From an uncultured Neomegalonema sp. (lineage in GTDB: Bacteria; Pseudomonadota; Alphaproteobacteria; Rhodobacterales; Rhodobacteraceae), in the NCBI GenBank assembly GCA_937922185.1, contig CAKZUT010000070.1, forward strand, positions 2,856 to 66,855: a stretch of DNA of 64,000 nucleotides. Direction: 5' to 3'. The notes under the pieces are model-generated. The model made no database searches. It was not told the DNA's origin and saw only the letters and a list, made by a program, of their open reading frames with translations. This document shows, piece by piece, positions 1 to 9,655 of the stretch (positions are counted from its first letter, which is position 1; each line of letters opens with the position of its first letter). The translations under genes and the position numbers were made by a program.

Positions 1-384
1 GGGGGCGGCGGCCAGCAGGGCGAGGATGGTGACGATGGCGGCGACCGAGTCGCTCTTGCCATAGCGCGATGAGACGAAATCGGCGATGGAGGTGATGTTG
101 TCGCGCCGGGTGATCCGCAGGATCTTGCGGAGCAGGGTCCAGAACCCCACGAAAACCAGCGTGGGACCGAGATAGATCGTCAGGTATTCCAGCCCGTTGC
201 GGGTGGCCGATCCGACCGCGCCGTAGAAGGTCCAGGATGTGCAGTAAACCGAGATCGACAGGGTGTAGACGAGAGGGGAGGCCAGCCAGCGGGGACGCCC
301 CTGCCGGTCACCGAGAAAGGCGATCAGGAACAGCAGAAGCGCGAAGCCGACCGCCGCTATCAGCGCAAGCTCGCGCAGGGTCAT
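1..384 (-). CDS. N-terminal fragment (128 codons) of a sodium:solute-symporter-like membrane domain of the kind fused to CbrA/CrbS-type sensor histidine kinases; the gene runs off the left edge
   Basis: My own reverse-complement translation from the ATG at 382-384 gives MTLRELALIAAVGFALLLFLIAFLGDRQGRPRWLASPLVYTLSISVYCTSWTFYGAVGSATRNGLEYLTIYLGPTLVFVGFWTLLRKILRITRRDNITSIADFVSSRYGKS. It is hydrophobic, multi-TM and SSS-like. Its start overlaps the stop of the upstream small ORF (ATGA at 381-384). It is not in the ORF track because it is truncated. Confidence 0.6.
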   Translation of the reverse strand, partial: MTLRELALIAAVGFALLLFLIAFLGDRQGRPRWLASPLVYTLSISVYCTSWTFYGAVGSATRNGLEYLTIYLGPTLVFVGFWTLLRKILRITRRDNITSIADFVSSRYGKSDSVAAIVTILALLAAAP

Positions 385-611
385 GGGTCGTCGGGGCGGG
401 TCGCCCGTCTGAGGCGGGAAGCGACAAGCAGCGCCATGAGGATCAGGGCCAGCCACAGGCCGAAAAGGTAGATGACGATCAGGGGGATGCCGAACACGCC
501 CGTATCGGGCCGCGCGAACAGGCCGATGAGGGGGGGCATGAGGGCGATGACGCCGAAGGCCGGGACGATCAGCGCGAGGTCGCGCGCCCTGCGCCGCCCG
601 TTGTCAGCCAT
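381..611 (-). CDS. small two-TM membrane protein (76 aa) between the receiver gene and the symporter-like sensor gene
   Basis: Two hydrophobic stretches (LALIVPAFGVIALMPPLIGLF and IPLIVIYLFGLWLALILMALLV). It overlaps both neighbouring genes (604-611 and 381-384), which suggests translational coupling. Confidence 0.5.
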   Translation of the reverse strand: MADNGRRRARDLALIVPAFGVIALMPPLIGLFARPDTGVFGIPLIVIYLFGLWLALILMALLVASRLRRATRPDDP

Positions 612-1014
612 TTCCGCCGCCGTCCAGTAGTCGGGCGACCGTGGCGATCACGTCGTCATTGGCAAAGGGTTTGGTGACAAAGGCATCGACGCCCAGATCC
701 TCCGCCGCCCGGCGGTCATTGGCCTGACCCTTTGCCGTGAGCATCAGGATCGGCAGGGTGCGGGTCTCGGGTTCGGCGCGCAGTTCCTTGAGGACATCGA
801 AGCCGGAAAGCCTGGGGAGCATCAGGTCGAGCACCAGCGTATCGGGCCGCGCCCGGCGCACCATGGCCAGTGCCTCCGCGCCGTCATGGGCAAGACTGAC
901 CGTATGCCCCGCGCGCGTCAGCAGGAATCGCAGCGATTCCGCGATATTGCGCTCGTCCTCCGCGATCAGTACCCGTTTCGACACGGCTTCCCTCCCGTCG
1001 CCCCCTTTTGGCAT
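604..1014 (-). CDS. stand-alone CheY-like response regulator receiver
   Basis: RVLIAEDERNIAESL...DTLVLDLMLPRLSGFDVLKEL...PILMLTAKG...KPF shows the acidic pocket, phospho-acceptor Asp, T/S and K signature of receiver domains. Confidence 0.85.
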   Translation of the reverse strand: MPKGGDGREAVSKRVLIAEDERNIAESLRFLLTRAGHTVSLAHDGAEALAMVRRARPDTLVLDLMLPRLSGFDVLKELRAEPETRTLPILMLTAKGQANDRRAAEDLGVDAFVTKPFANDDVIATVARLLDGGGNG

Positions 1015-1071
1015 TTCTGCCCGAAGTGAGCGTTTTGTCCAGCTTTTCGGCGTTTCCCGGCCGGAAGGGAG

Positions 1072-3174
1072 TTATCGCCCCTCCATCCGCCATGCGCCGA
1101 TCAGGAGTGCGGCCGCGATGAGCAGGGCCAGCCAGCCGGGTGCCAGGGGCGTCAGGCGGCTGTCGCGGACGACATAGGCACCGCGTTCGCGCAGGCCGAT
1201 CCAGTCGGGACCGTAGGCGCGGCGGGAGCCGCTGACGCGGCGCAGGACGGGGGTGCCGGTATCGCGAAGCATCATCATCGCGCCACCCGTCGCCTCGGCC
1301 ACGGGGCGCAGCAGATCGAAGGTGGCCAGCGGGTTCTCGAATTCCTTCGGGCTGGCGGGGCCGACGGCGGCGGGGGTCTCCAGCACGCCGTCGGTTATGG
1401 AGTAGAGGCCCTGTTCCTCCGCCTCGAACTGCGCGCGCCAGCGGCCCGGCCCGCTCGGGGAGAAGGGGACGGAGAACCGTTCCCCGGAGGGGGCGACGAT
1501 ATCGGCGGTTTCGGGTGCATCACCCAGCGACCGGCGGATGATCTCGACATTGGCCCCGGAGGCGGCGGCTGTGAGGGCATCCTCTTCGAGTTGAGGCTCC
1601 TTCATCAGCCAGTGAGCGACCCGGCGAAGCATTTCGGCGAGGGGACCGCCGCCCTCGTAGCCGCGCGACCAGAGCCATGCGGTATCGGTGGCCAGCATCG
1701 CGACCCGGCCCTCGCCTACCCGGTCTAGGACCAGCAGGGGTTGCCCGGTTTCGCCCGACATCAGAACGTCGCCGGAGCGCGGTTCGATCTCGATCAGACG
1801 CATCCAGCGGCCCCATGTGGGATCGGTGGAATCGGCCTGCGGCAGGGTGGCGGTAACGGGGTGCTTCTCGCCCGTTTCGGTCAGTAGGGGCGTGAAGAGG
1901 GTGTTGACCGAACCGCCCGTTGGTGTGGCGGGCATCACCGAGGCGAGGGGAGAGCGATAGAGACTGCTCGGTCCCCCGAAATCGGGACCGGCGGCGATCA
2001 GAACGGCTCCGCCACGGCGCACATATTCGGTGACATTGGCCAGATAGGCGGGGGCGAGGACGCCGCGCCGGACATACTTGTCGAAGATCACCAGATCGAA
2101 ATCATCGATCTTCTGCATAAAGAGTTCGCGGGTCGGAAAGGGGATCAGTGAGAGTTCGCGGATCGGGGTGCCGCTCATCTTGGAAGGGGGGCGCAGAATG
2201 GTGAAATGGACCAGATCGACGGATGGATCGGCTTTCAGCAGGTTGCGCCATGCGCGCTCGCCCGCATGGGGCTGGCCCGACACGAGCAGGACGCGCAGGC
2301 GGTCTCGCGCACCCTGCACGGTGAAAAGGGCGCGGTTGTTGCGGGTGGTGATCTCGCCCGCCAGTTCCTCGACCTCGATCTCGAAGACACTCGCGCCACC
2401 CTTGTCGAGCCGGGCGGAGATGGTGGTCGGTTCGTTCAGCGACACGGTATCGCGGCGCACGGGGCGACCGTCGATGCTGAGCGTGATGCGCGCAGGGGCA
2501 GCGGGCGCGGGGCCGTTATCCGTGACCTGTAGCCGGATCTGGACTTCCTCGCTGACGATGCCGAAGCCGGGGGCGCTCTCAAGGATCAGTCGGCGATCAT
2601 AGGCCCCCTCGCGGCCCGTGGAGAGGATGTGGACGGGGCCTGTGAACCGGTCGCGGATCGCGTCCGCGTCCAGCGTGCCGAAATCGGGAGCATCATGGGC
2701 GCGGCCATCGGTGATGAGGACAGCCCCGGCAATGCGGTCCTGCCCCACATCGGCAAGGGCGGTCTCCATCGCGTCGAAGAGAGGGGTGCCGGTGTCGTCG
2801 GTGGCTTTGCCGGAGCGCGAATCGACGGTGGCCACGCGCAACTCCAGGGGGGCGCGGCGGTCGAGTCCCCCGGCGGCGGCGCGGATCGCCTCCGCCGCGC
2901 GGGCGGTCAGGTCGGGGCGTCCGTCGATGGTCTGGCTGGCGCTCTCGTCGATGAGCAGAAGGGCGACATCGCTGAGGGGGTCACGGTCTTCCTGTGTCAG
3001 CTTCGGATCACACAGGGCTGCCAGCAGGGCCAGACCGGCGAAAAGGCGCAACCATGCCCCGCGTGCCCCGCGCAGAAGGCTGAAGGCGAAGACCAGCAGG
3101 ATCAGCACCGCAAAGGCGATGATCGCCCAGAGCGGGACGACGGGGGCGAAGACGATGCCGGTGGCGCTGTTCAC
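1072..3174 (-). CDS. large N-terminally membrane-anchored protein, last gene of the MoxR/DUF58/BatA-like operon
   Basis: 700 aa with N- and C-terminal TM segments. It lies 13 nt downstream of the BatA-N/DUF4159-like gene on the same strand. Its position matches the conserved alphaproteobacterial four-gene cluster. Confidence 0.65.
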   Translation of the reverse strand: MNSATGIVFAPVVPLWAIIAFAVLILLVFAFSLLRGARGAWLRLFAGLALLAALCDPKLTQEDRDPLSDVALLLIDESASQTIDGRPDLTARAAEAIRAAAGGLDRRAPLELRVATVDSRSGKATDDTGTPLFDAMETALADVGQDRIAGAVLITDGRAHDAPDFGTLDADAIRDRFTGPVHILSTGREGAYDRRLILESAPGFGIVSEEVQIRLQVTDNGPAPAAPARITLSIDGRPVRRDTVSLNEPTTISARLDKGGASVFEIEVEELAGEITTRNNRALFTVQGARDRLRVLLVSGQPHAGERAWRNLLKADPSVDLVHFTILRPPSKMSGTPIRELSLIPFPTRELFMQKIDDFDLVIFDKYVRRGVLAPAYLANVTEYVRRGGAVLIAAGPDFGGPSSLYRSPLASVMPATPTGGSVNTLFTPLLTETGEKHPVTATLPQADSTDPTWGRWMRLIEIEPRSGDVLMSGETGQPLLVLDRVGEGRVAMLATDTAWLWSRGYEGGGPLAEMLRRVAHWLMKEPQLEEDALTAAASGANVEIIRRSLGDAPETADIVAPSGERFSVPFSPSGPGRWRAQFEAEEQGLYSITDGVLETPAAVGPASPKEFENPLATFDLLRPVAEATGGAMMMLRDTGTPVLRRVSGSRRAYGPDWIGLRERGAYVVRDSRLTPLAPGWLALLIAAALLIGAWRMEGR

Positions 3175-3186
3175 GGCGGGGTGCTC

Positions 3187-5970
3187 CTACTGGCCGAGGC
3201 GCTGCAAAAGCGCGGGGATGTGGACCTGATCGGATTTGTAGGAGCCGGTATAGGCATACATCACGAGGTTGATGCCGAAGCGGTAGGCCATTTCGCGCTG
3301 ACGTTCGCCGCCCCGGCCCGCCATGGGCAGCATGGGGCGACCGGCATCGGTCATGGCCCAGGCTCCGGCCCAGTCATGGCCGCCGACGATGATGGGGGAA
3401 ACGCCGTCATTCCTGAAGCCGCCTTCTCTGGCGACCTCCTCGATATCCTCGGGCGGCGCGGCCTCGACCCAGACTTTGCCGCCGCGCCAGCGACCGGGGA
3501 AATCGTCCAGCAGGAAGAAGCTGCGATGCAGGACATGGCCTTCGGGCACCGGGGAGAGGGGCGGCAGATCGAGACCGGCGGTCAGCCGCCTGAGCGCGCG
3601 GGTGCCGGGGGTATCGCCACTGCCCAGCGCGAGATTGCGGTCACGGGTGTCGATCATCAGCATCCCGCCCCGGCGCATATACTCGTTGAGAGCGGCAATC
3701 GCCTCGTCGGAAGGGCGCGGCTGGTTTTCGGAGACGGCCCAGTAGAGCAGCGGATAGACAGCCAGCTCATCCGTCTCGATATTCACGCCTTCAGGTTCCG
3801 CCGGTTCGACGGAGGTACGTTCGATCAGGGTGCGGGTCAGACCGTAAAGACCCGCGCGGGCGATATCGTCGGTCTTGCTGTCGCCCGTGATGATATAGCC
3901 GAGCGCCCCGTCGAGCGCCGCACGCAGGGCCTGATCCTCCGCATCGCTGGCGCGGGCATGGTCGGCCATGCCGAGGGAGAGGACGAGGGCCGCTGCGGCC
4001 ACGGCCCCGCGCAGCTTACCGGCGAGGAAGAGGGCGGCGAGGGCGTCGAGCATCAGCAGCGCGAGCGCGGCGGCGAGGAACCATGGTTTCAATTCGGTCT
4101 CCTTGCGCGCGCCCAGTGTCTCGATGACAGCACCGGCGGGCGGCGGGGGGGCGGCGATCAGGTCGGCATCGGGCCGCAGCAGGTTATGGGCGCGGATCGC
4201 TCCGGCATCGCCGCCGCCCACCGCACGATAGAGGCCGGGGGGCGCGATGAGGCTGGCTCCCGCGCCGATATTCTCGCCCGGAACGGTACGCGCGCCTTCG
4301 GGGGCGGCGCGTAGGGCACCGTCGGCCCCGATGAGGGAAACGGGTGCCCAGAAGCCGCTTTCATCGGTTGTGGCCTTCGATTCGCCGCCCACACCGAATT
4401 TCACGATCCGGTCGAGCATATCCACGAACAGGCCCGATAGCGGAATGGTGGACCATCGCGGGTCGGCACTGGTGTGGAAGAGGACGATGCGCCCGTCGCC
4501 GCGCCGGTCTGACGTGACGAGCGGCGCGCCGTCGGTCAGCGAGGCCCATGTGCGGGTTGGCAGGTCGATATCGGGTTCGGCGAGGATCTGCTTTGTCACC
4601 CGCGCGTCCTCCGGGGTGCGAAGACCCGCGAAGGGGCTGTCCTCGGCATAGGAAGCGATTTTCTGCGGTTCGCCCCAGCTCATCGCGCCGCCCAGATCGC
4701 GCCCGCCGGGGCGGATGCGGACGGGCAGCAGCGGATCGTCGCTGGCCCCGAAACCTGCGCGGCGTTCCTCGGCGGTGGCGGCCAGTGTGGGTCCGGCAAA
4801 GCGCACCAGCACGCCCCCGGTCTCCACCCATGCCAGCAATGCTTCGGCTTCCTGTTCGGGGAAAGCTCCGACATCGATCAGGACGAGGGTATCGACCTCT
4901 TCCTCGATCAGCTTCTCAACCGTGCCCTCGCGCAGTTCAGTGCGGCCTTCGAGAGCCTTTCTGACGTAATGCGCGCCGGATAGGAGCCGCTGTCCGCCGT
5001 CCTCGCGCTCGCCGGAGACGAGGCCGACCTTGCGGCGACGCCAGCGTTCATCAATCAGGGCGGTCGCCCCGGCATGGGCCGTGCCCTCGATGCCGAAGAC
5101 GGCGATGCGATTGCGAAGTTCCAGCGGGGCATCGAACAGGGCTTCGGCGCGGGTATCGCCCTCGGCAAAGGCCGCATCCGCCACGGCCAGCGCGCGGCGG
5201 GTGCCGCTTTCCTCTGCGGAGAAGCCGATCACCTGGGCCTGTGCCGGACCGATGGTATCGGGACGCAGCACATCCGCCGCCAGTCCGCCATCCTCCGGGG
5301 AGCCGGGCATGACGGCCCGGACGGGGCGTTCAGGGCCGATCAGGCGCAGGCTCCCGGCATTCGCGAGGGCCTCGGCGAGGGCTTCATAGGTGCCGTCATG
5401 ATCGAGACCGTCATGAATCCAGACGCTCTGGGCCTCCTCTCCGATCCGGTCGAGCAGGTCGGCGCGAACCGGAGGCCACGGGGACGGCTCCAGTGCGTCG
5501 ATGCGCGCGCGGGCATCGGTGGCGGTCAGGATCTCGGCCTCGCGCCCCTCGGGGACGGGCTGGCTCAGGATATCCAGCCGCACGGAGACGCCTGCGCGAT
5601 CCGCGCGGTCCAGCAGGTCGGTGGCGGAGGCTATGCGGTCATCCCAGTCGGGCGCGCTGGCCCAGCCGCCATCGACGATCAGATGCAGGGGCGATGCGCT
5701 CGACAGGCTCTCGCGGGGGTTCAGGAGGGGCTGTGCAAAGGCAAGGATCGCGAGTGCGGCGATCAGCAGGCGCAGGAGCAGCAGCCACCACGGGGTATGC
5801 TGAGGTGTTTTCTCGGGAGGCTCCAGCCCCAGCAGGACGACGACGCCGGGAAACCGCTCGCGGATCGGCGTTGGCGGTGTCGCGCGCAGCAGCCACCAGA
5901 GGAGCGGCAGGGCAAGCAGCGCCAGCAGGAGGAGAGGGGAGGCGAAGCCGAGGGGACCGAGCTGGATCAC
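3187..5970 (-). CDS. BatA-N (aerotolerance regulator N-terminal) / DUF4159-type membrane protein
   Basis: The N-terminus MIQLGPLGFASPLLLLALLALPLLWWLLR is the typical double-TM BatA_N start. The C-terminal part (GGMLMIDTRD...FGINLVMYAYTG) resembles DUF4159. Operon context with DUF58 and MoxR supports the call. Confidence 0.7.
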   Translation of the reverse strand: MIQLGPLGFASPLLLLALLALPLLWWLLRATPPTPIRERFPGVVVLLGLEPPEKTPQHTPWWLLLLRLLIAALAILAFAQPLLNPRESLSSASPLHLIVDGGWASAPDWDDRIASATDLLDRADRAGVSVRLDILSQPVPEGREAEILTATDARARIDALEPSPWPPVRADLLDRIGEEAQSVWIHDGLDHDGTYEALAEALANAGSLRLIGPERPVRAVMPGSPEDGGLAADVLRPDTIGPAQAQVIGFSAEESGTRRALAVADAAFAEGDTRAEALFDAPLELRNRIAVFGIEGTAHAGATALIDERWRRRKVGLVSGEREDGGQRLLSGAHYVRKALEGRTELREGTVEKLIEEEVDTLVLIDVGAFPEQEAEALLAWVETGGVLVRFAGPTLAATAEERRAGFGASDDPLLPVRIRPGGRDLGGAMSWGEPQKIASYAEDSPFAGLRTPEDARVTKQILAEPDIDLPTRTWASLTDGAPLVTSDRRGDGRIVLFHTSADPRWSTIPLSGLFVDMLDRIVKFGVGGESKATTDESGFWAPVSLIGADGALRAAPEGARTVPGENIGAGASLIAPPGLYRAVGGGDAGAIRAHNLLRPDADLIAAPPPPAGAVIETLGARKETELKPWFLAAALALLMLDALAALFLAGKLRGAVAAAALVLSLGMADHARASDAEDQALRAALDGALGYIITGDSKTDDIARAGLYGLTRTLIERTSVEPAEPEGVNIETDELAVYPLLYWAVSENQPRPSDEAIAALNEYMRRGGMLMIDTRDRNLALGSGDTPGTRALRRLTAGLDLPPLSPVPEGHVLHRSFFLLDDFPGRWRGGKVWVEAAPPEDIEEVAREGGFRNDGVSPIIVGGHDWAGAWAMTDAGRPMLPMAGRGGERQREMAYRFGINLVMYAYTGSYKSDQVHIPALLQRLGQ

Positions 5971-6094
5971 AGGATCACCCCGCTACCTGACCGGGAGGCC
6001 CATTGCCCAATTCTCGGCAAGCGGCTGACCGCAAAGATGGATTCCGCGATCAGGTCGCGGAATGACAGTGCTGTCCGTAACGATCCGATTCCGC

Positions 6095-6982
6095 TCATCC
6101 GCTCACCCGCTTGGCTTGCAGAGTCTGGTGAATCATCATCAGCGCGGGGGTCGGCGGGGTATCGGTGCGGTGAATGGCGAAGGTCCATCCGGCCTGCCGG
6201 GCCATGTCTTTCAGGGCCGCGCGGCGGGCTTCCAGCTTGTCGCGATAGGCGTCGCGCAGAGATTCCGCACGGTCGGCATCGTACCGCAGTCCCCCGCCGA
6301 TGCTCTCGAACAGGACACGGCCCGAATACGGAAAGGCTTCCTCGACCGGATCAACCACCTGTAACAGAATGCCGCGCACCCGACGGGCAACTGCCGAGGA
6401 CAGGGTTTTCGACAGCGCATCAAGATCGCCGAAGAAATCGGAAATGAACAGCGCGCGTGATCCCATGGTGAAGGAGGTTTCGGGCGGTGTGCCGGTCTCG
6501 GCGGGGCTTTCGGAGGGCAGCGAGAGGAAATTCGACAGGCGATTTACGCCCGTGCGGCCCTGCATCACCTTGCCTGCATCACCGCGCATCAGGGCGAATC
6601 GTTCATCGCCGCGCTCCAGCAGGATCGCGGTCGAAAGGGCCAGCACAGCGGCGCGGCGGCCTTTGGTCGTCTGCACGCCCCTGGACGCGAATTGCATCGA
6701 GGCGGATTCGTCAGGCCAGAGAAAGACGCTCTGGGCTGTCTCCCACTCGGTTTCGCGCACGAAGAGGTCATCGGATCGGCCCGAGCGCCGCCAGTCGATA
6801 CTGCCGAGAGAATCCCCCGGCTGGGCATGTCGGTACTGCCAGAAGGTCTCACCCGATCCCGCCGAGCGCCGACCATGCACACCCCAGATCGAGGCGGCGG
6901 CCCGTTCGGCCTCGGCCAGCAGAGGGGGCAGGGCGGCTGAGGCTGCGCTCGATTCGGCGGAAAGCTGGGTGGATGGGTTCAC
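6095..6982 (-). CDS. DUF58 domain protein (vWA-like partner of MoxR)
   Basis: YRHAQPGDSLGSIDWRRSGRSDDLFVRETEWE matches the DUF58 signature region. There is a 4-nt overlap with the moxR stop (6979-6982). Confidence 0.8.
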   Translation of the reverse strand: MNPSTQLSAESSAASAALPPLLAEAERAAASIWGVHGRRSAGSGETFWQYRHAQPGDSLGSIDWRRSGRSDDLFVRETEWETAQSVFLWPDESASMQFASRGVQTTKGRRAAVLALSTAILLERGDERFALMRGDAGKVMQGRTGVNRLSNFLSLPSESPAETGTPPETSFTMGSRALFISDFFGDLDALSKTLSSAVARRVRGILLQVVDPVEEAFPYSGRVLFESIGGGLRYDADRAESLRDAYRDKLEARRAALKDMARQAGWTFAIHRTDTPPTPALMMIHQTLQAKRVSG

Positions 6983-7998
6983 CCGCAGGCCCTCGCGACA
7001 GCTTCGTCGATCACGGCTTCGAGGGTGACGCCTTCGGCCTTGGCCGCGAAACCCAGGGCCATGCGGTGGCGCAGGGCAGGTCTGGCAAGGGCGACCACAT
7101 CATCCAGCGAGGGAGCGAGGCGACCGTTGAGCAGGGCGCGGGCGCGGCTGGCCAACATCAGGGACTGGGCCGCGCGTGGTCCCGGCCCCCAGGCGACGGA
7201 ATCACGGACCTGATCCGGTGCGCTGGTATCCTCGGGGCGGCAGGAGCGGACGAGCGAGAGAATCGCCTCCGTCACCTTGTCGCCCACGGGCGCGCGGCGG
7301 ATGAGGTTCTGCAAATGCATCAGCCCGTCGGGATCGAGAATCGCCTTTGCCTCGCCCTGCTCCACGCCGGTGGTCGCGACGAGGATCCGGCGTTCCTCCT
7401 CCAGCGTGGGATAGCCGACGACGATCTCCAGAAGAAACCGGTCAAGCTGCGCTTCGGGCAGGGGGTAGGCCCCCTCCTGCTCAATGGGGTTCTGGGTGGC
7501 GAGAACGTGAAAGGGGGCGGGCAGATCACGCTGCTGGCCCGCGATGGTCACCTGCTTTTCCTGCATGGCTTGCAGCAGGGCGGACTGAGTGCGTGGGCTG
7601 GCGCGGTTGATCTCGTCAGCCATCAGAAGCTGACAGAAAACCGGCCCCTGAATGAACTTGAACATCCGCGAGCCGTCGGAACCGGTTTCCAGCACTTCCG
7701 AACCGAGGATATCGGCGGGCATCAGGTCGGGGGTGAACTGGACACGCTTGTTATCGAGGCCGAGCACGGTGCCCAGCGTATCGACCAGCAGAGTCTTCGC
7801 CAGACCGGGAACGCCGACCAGCAGGCCGTGTCCGCCGGAGAGAATCGCAGCGAGGGTGAGTTCGACCACCTCGTCCTGGCCGACGATGCGCTTGGCAACC
7901 TCGCGGCGGACGGCGGCAAGGGTTTCGGCGGCGTTCTCCGCCTCTGCCACGGGGTCGGCACCTGATGCGGCGGGCGCGTCGGCAGTCATGCTTTCCAA
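6979..7998 (-). CDS. MoxR-family AAA+ ATPase
   Basis: GHGLLVGVPGLAKT (Walker A), LLMADEINRASPRTQSALLQAMQE (Walker B and sensor), VLATQNP. Size 339 aa. Confidence 0.9.
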   Translation of the reverse strand: MESMTADAPAASGADPVAEAENAAETLAAVRREVAKRIVGQDEVVELTLAAILSGGHGLLVGVPGLAKTLLVDTLGTVLGLDNKRVQFTPDLMPADILGSEVLETGSDGSRMFKFIQGPVFCQLLMADEINRASPRTQSALLQAMQEKQVTIAGQQRDLPAPFHVLATQNPIEQEGAYPLPEAQLDRFLLEIVVGYPTLEEERRILVATTGVEQGEAKAILDPDGLMHLQNLIRRAPVGDKVTEAILSLVRSCRPEDTSAPDQVRDSVAWGPGPRAAQSLMLASRARALLNGRLAPSLDDVVALARPALRHRMALGFAAKAEGVTLEAVIDEAVARACG

Positions 7999-8210
7999 GG
8001 ATTCGCTCCGTTATCGTTCACGCCCTCGCGGGTCGGCCTGTCGCTTGCTGCACAGCGTCGTTGCACCATCTCGTAACCCGGTGGCATTTCGGACGGCTTA
8101 TCCAGAGGATGGTCCAGCGTCGCCGCCTGTCCAGCGTGTTCGTTCTATCGCGCGTGATGGAACGTATGCAACGCATGGTGTCCAACGCGGTGCAGAATTG
8201 AGGCTACAGA

Positions 8211-8795
8211 ATGTCGAATGACGATCAACGCAACGTACCGCCGGGCACGATCTCCATCGTACAGGCCGTGACGCAGGCCGCAGCGAAAGGCCAGCCGCCC
8301 GTGCATCTCTGGAACCCGCCTCTCTCGGGAACGCTGGACATGCGGATCGCGCGGGACGGCACCTGGTTCTATAACGGCACTCCGATCAAGCGCCCCGGAC
8401 TGGTGCGTCTGTTCGCCTCGGTCCTGAAGCGTGAGGGTGATGATTACTTTCTCGTGACCCCGGTGGAAAAATTCGGGATCGAGGTCGATGACGCCCCTTT
8501 CGTCGCGGTGGATTTCGAGATCGAGGGCGAAGCGGATGTTCCGATTCTCGTCTTCGAAACCAATACGGGCGATTTCGTGCGGGCCGGGGCGGAGAACGCG
8601 GTCACCGTCTCGGTGAACCCCGAAACGGGCGAGCCGTCTCCCTATATTCATGTCAGGAACGATCTTCACGCGCTTATAGACCGTAAATCTTTTTATCGTC
8701 TGGCCGATCGTGCCGAAGCGGGCGAGACCGACGAGGGACCATGCATGGTGGTGCGCTCGGGTGACGAGACATTCATGATCGGTCCGATGACCTGA
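8211..8795 (+). CDS. DUF1285 domain protein
   Basis: GTWFYNGTPIKRPGLVRLFASVLKREGDDYFLVTPVEKFGIEVDDAPF resembles DUF1285. It lies directly upstream of the CoA pyrophosphatase gene, as in many alphaproteobacteria. Confidence 0.65.
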   Translation: MSNDDQRNVPPGTISIVQAVTQAAAKGQPPVHLWNPPLSGTLDMRIARDGTWFYNGTPIKRPGLVRLFASVLKREGDDYFLVTPVEKFGIEVDDAPFVAVDFEIEGEADVPILVFETNTGDFVRAGAENAVTVSVNPETGEPSPYIHVRNDLHALIDRKSFYRLADRAEAGETDEGPCMVVRSGDETFMIGPMT

Positions 8796-8811
8796 CAGGC
8801 ACCGGCATTTC

Positions 8812-9441
8812 ATGGTATTCCGAGGGTACATGATTTCGGAGAATGATATCTTCAGGGCGTTGCAGCCCGTGAACCGCGACCGGGACGATGCCACGTCGGT
8901 TATCGGCGGCAAGCCGAGGCGGCGGGCGGCTGTGCTGTGTCCGCTGGTGCCGCGCGATACGGGGCTGCATGTCATGCTGACGGTGCGGTCGGCGCAGCTC
9001 AAGGTCCATGCGGGGCAGATCGCCTTTCCGGGCGGCAAGATCGACCCGTCAGATGCCTCTCCGCTGGCCGCTGCCCTGCGCGAGGCGGATGAGGAGATCG
9101 GCCTTCCGGCTGAGGATGTGGATATTCTCGGGATGCTCGACCTCTATGACACCAGCACGGGGTTCGTGGTCAGGCCCTTCATCGGAATGGTGGACCCCCG
9201 CTTCGTGCCGATGCCCCATGAAGGCGAAGTGGCGGAAGTGTTCGAGGTGCCCTTCGATTTCCTGATGGATATCGGCAATCACGAACGGATCGAGCGGGTG
9301 CATGAGGGGCGCGTCCGGCGATTTTACCAGATGGTGCATGGCAAGTATCGAATCTGGGGAGCCACGGCGGGGATGCTCCGCAATCTCGCACACCGGATCG
9401 AGCATGTCCGCGAAGGCGGTACTATGTGCGAGGCCGGGTGA
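8812..9441 (+). CDS. NUDIX hydrolase, CoA pyrophosphatase type
   Basis: Nudix box GGKIDPSDASPLAAALREADEEIGL. The upstream LT.R motif (LTVRSAQL) is typical of NudL-like CoA pyrophosphatases. The start may be slightly downstream. Confidence 0.85.
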   Translation: MVFRGYMISENDIFRALQPVNRDRDDATSVIGGKPRRRAAVLCPLVPRDTGLHVMLTVRSAQLKVHAGQIAFPGGKIDPSDASPLAAALREADEEIGLPAEDVDILGMLDLYDTSTGFVVRPFIGMVDPRFVPMPHEGEVAEVFEVPFDFLMDIGNHERIERVHEGRVRRFYQMVHGKYRIWGATAGMLRNLAHRIEHVREGGTMCEAG

Positions 9442-9655
9442 TATTCCTGTGTTGTAGGACACAGCCGTGCCGGCAGGGGCCGCCGCAATATCCTGTAGGG
9501 AATGCGAGGCCATACCGGTTTTGCGATCCCCTGTGGCCATGTGACGTGAAGGTGACAGGTCGCTGGATTGCAGCGTGGCTATCTGATAGTCGAAAGGCGA
9601 TCCGTGCGGATAGTGGGCGGCTCCGGCACGGAAAAATCAGGATCGATGGGCAGAG

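Noticed and set aside
2629-4314. Long antisense or out-of-frame ORFs opposite well-supported genes: 2629-4314, 5074-6447, 6487-7965, 14043-15257, 16151-17326, 19454-20626, 22218-23927, 25424-26716, 26822-27799, 27726-28658, 28739-29578, 29563-30348, 31096-32946, 44183-45607, 58619-60613 and 60815-62002
   Set aside because: Each overlaps a gene with clear family motifs on the other strand or frame. Long open antisense frames are expected at this GC content, and none shows a recognisable domain.
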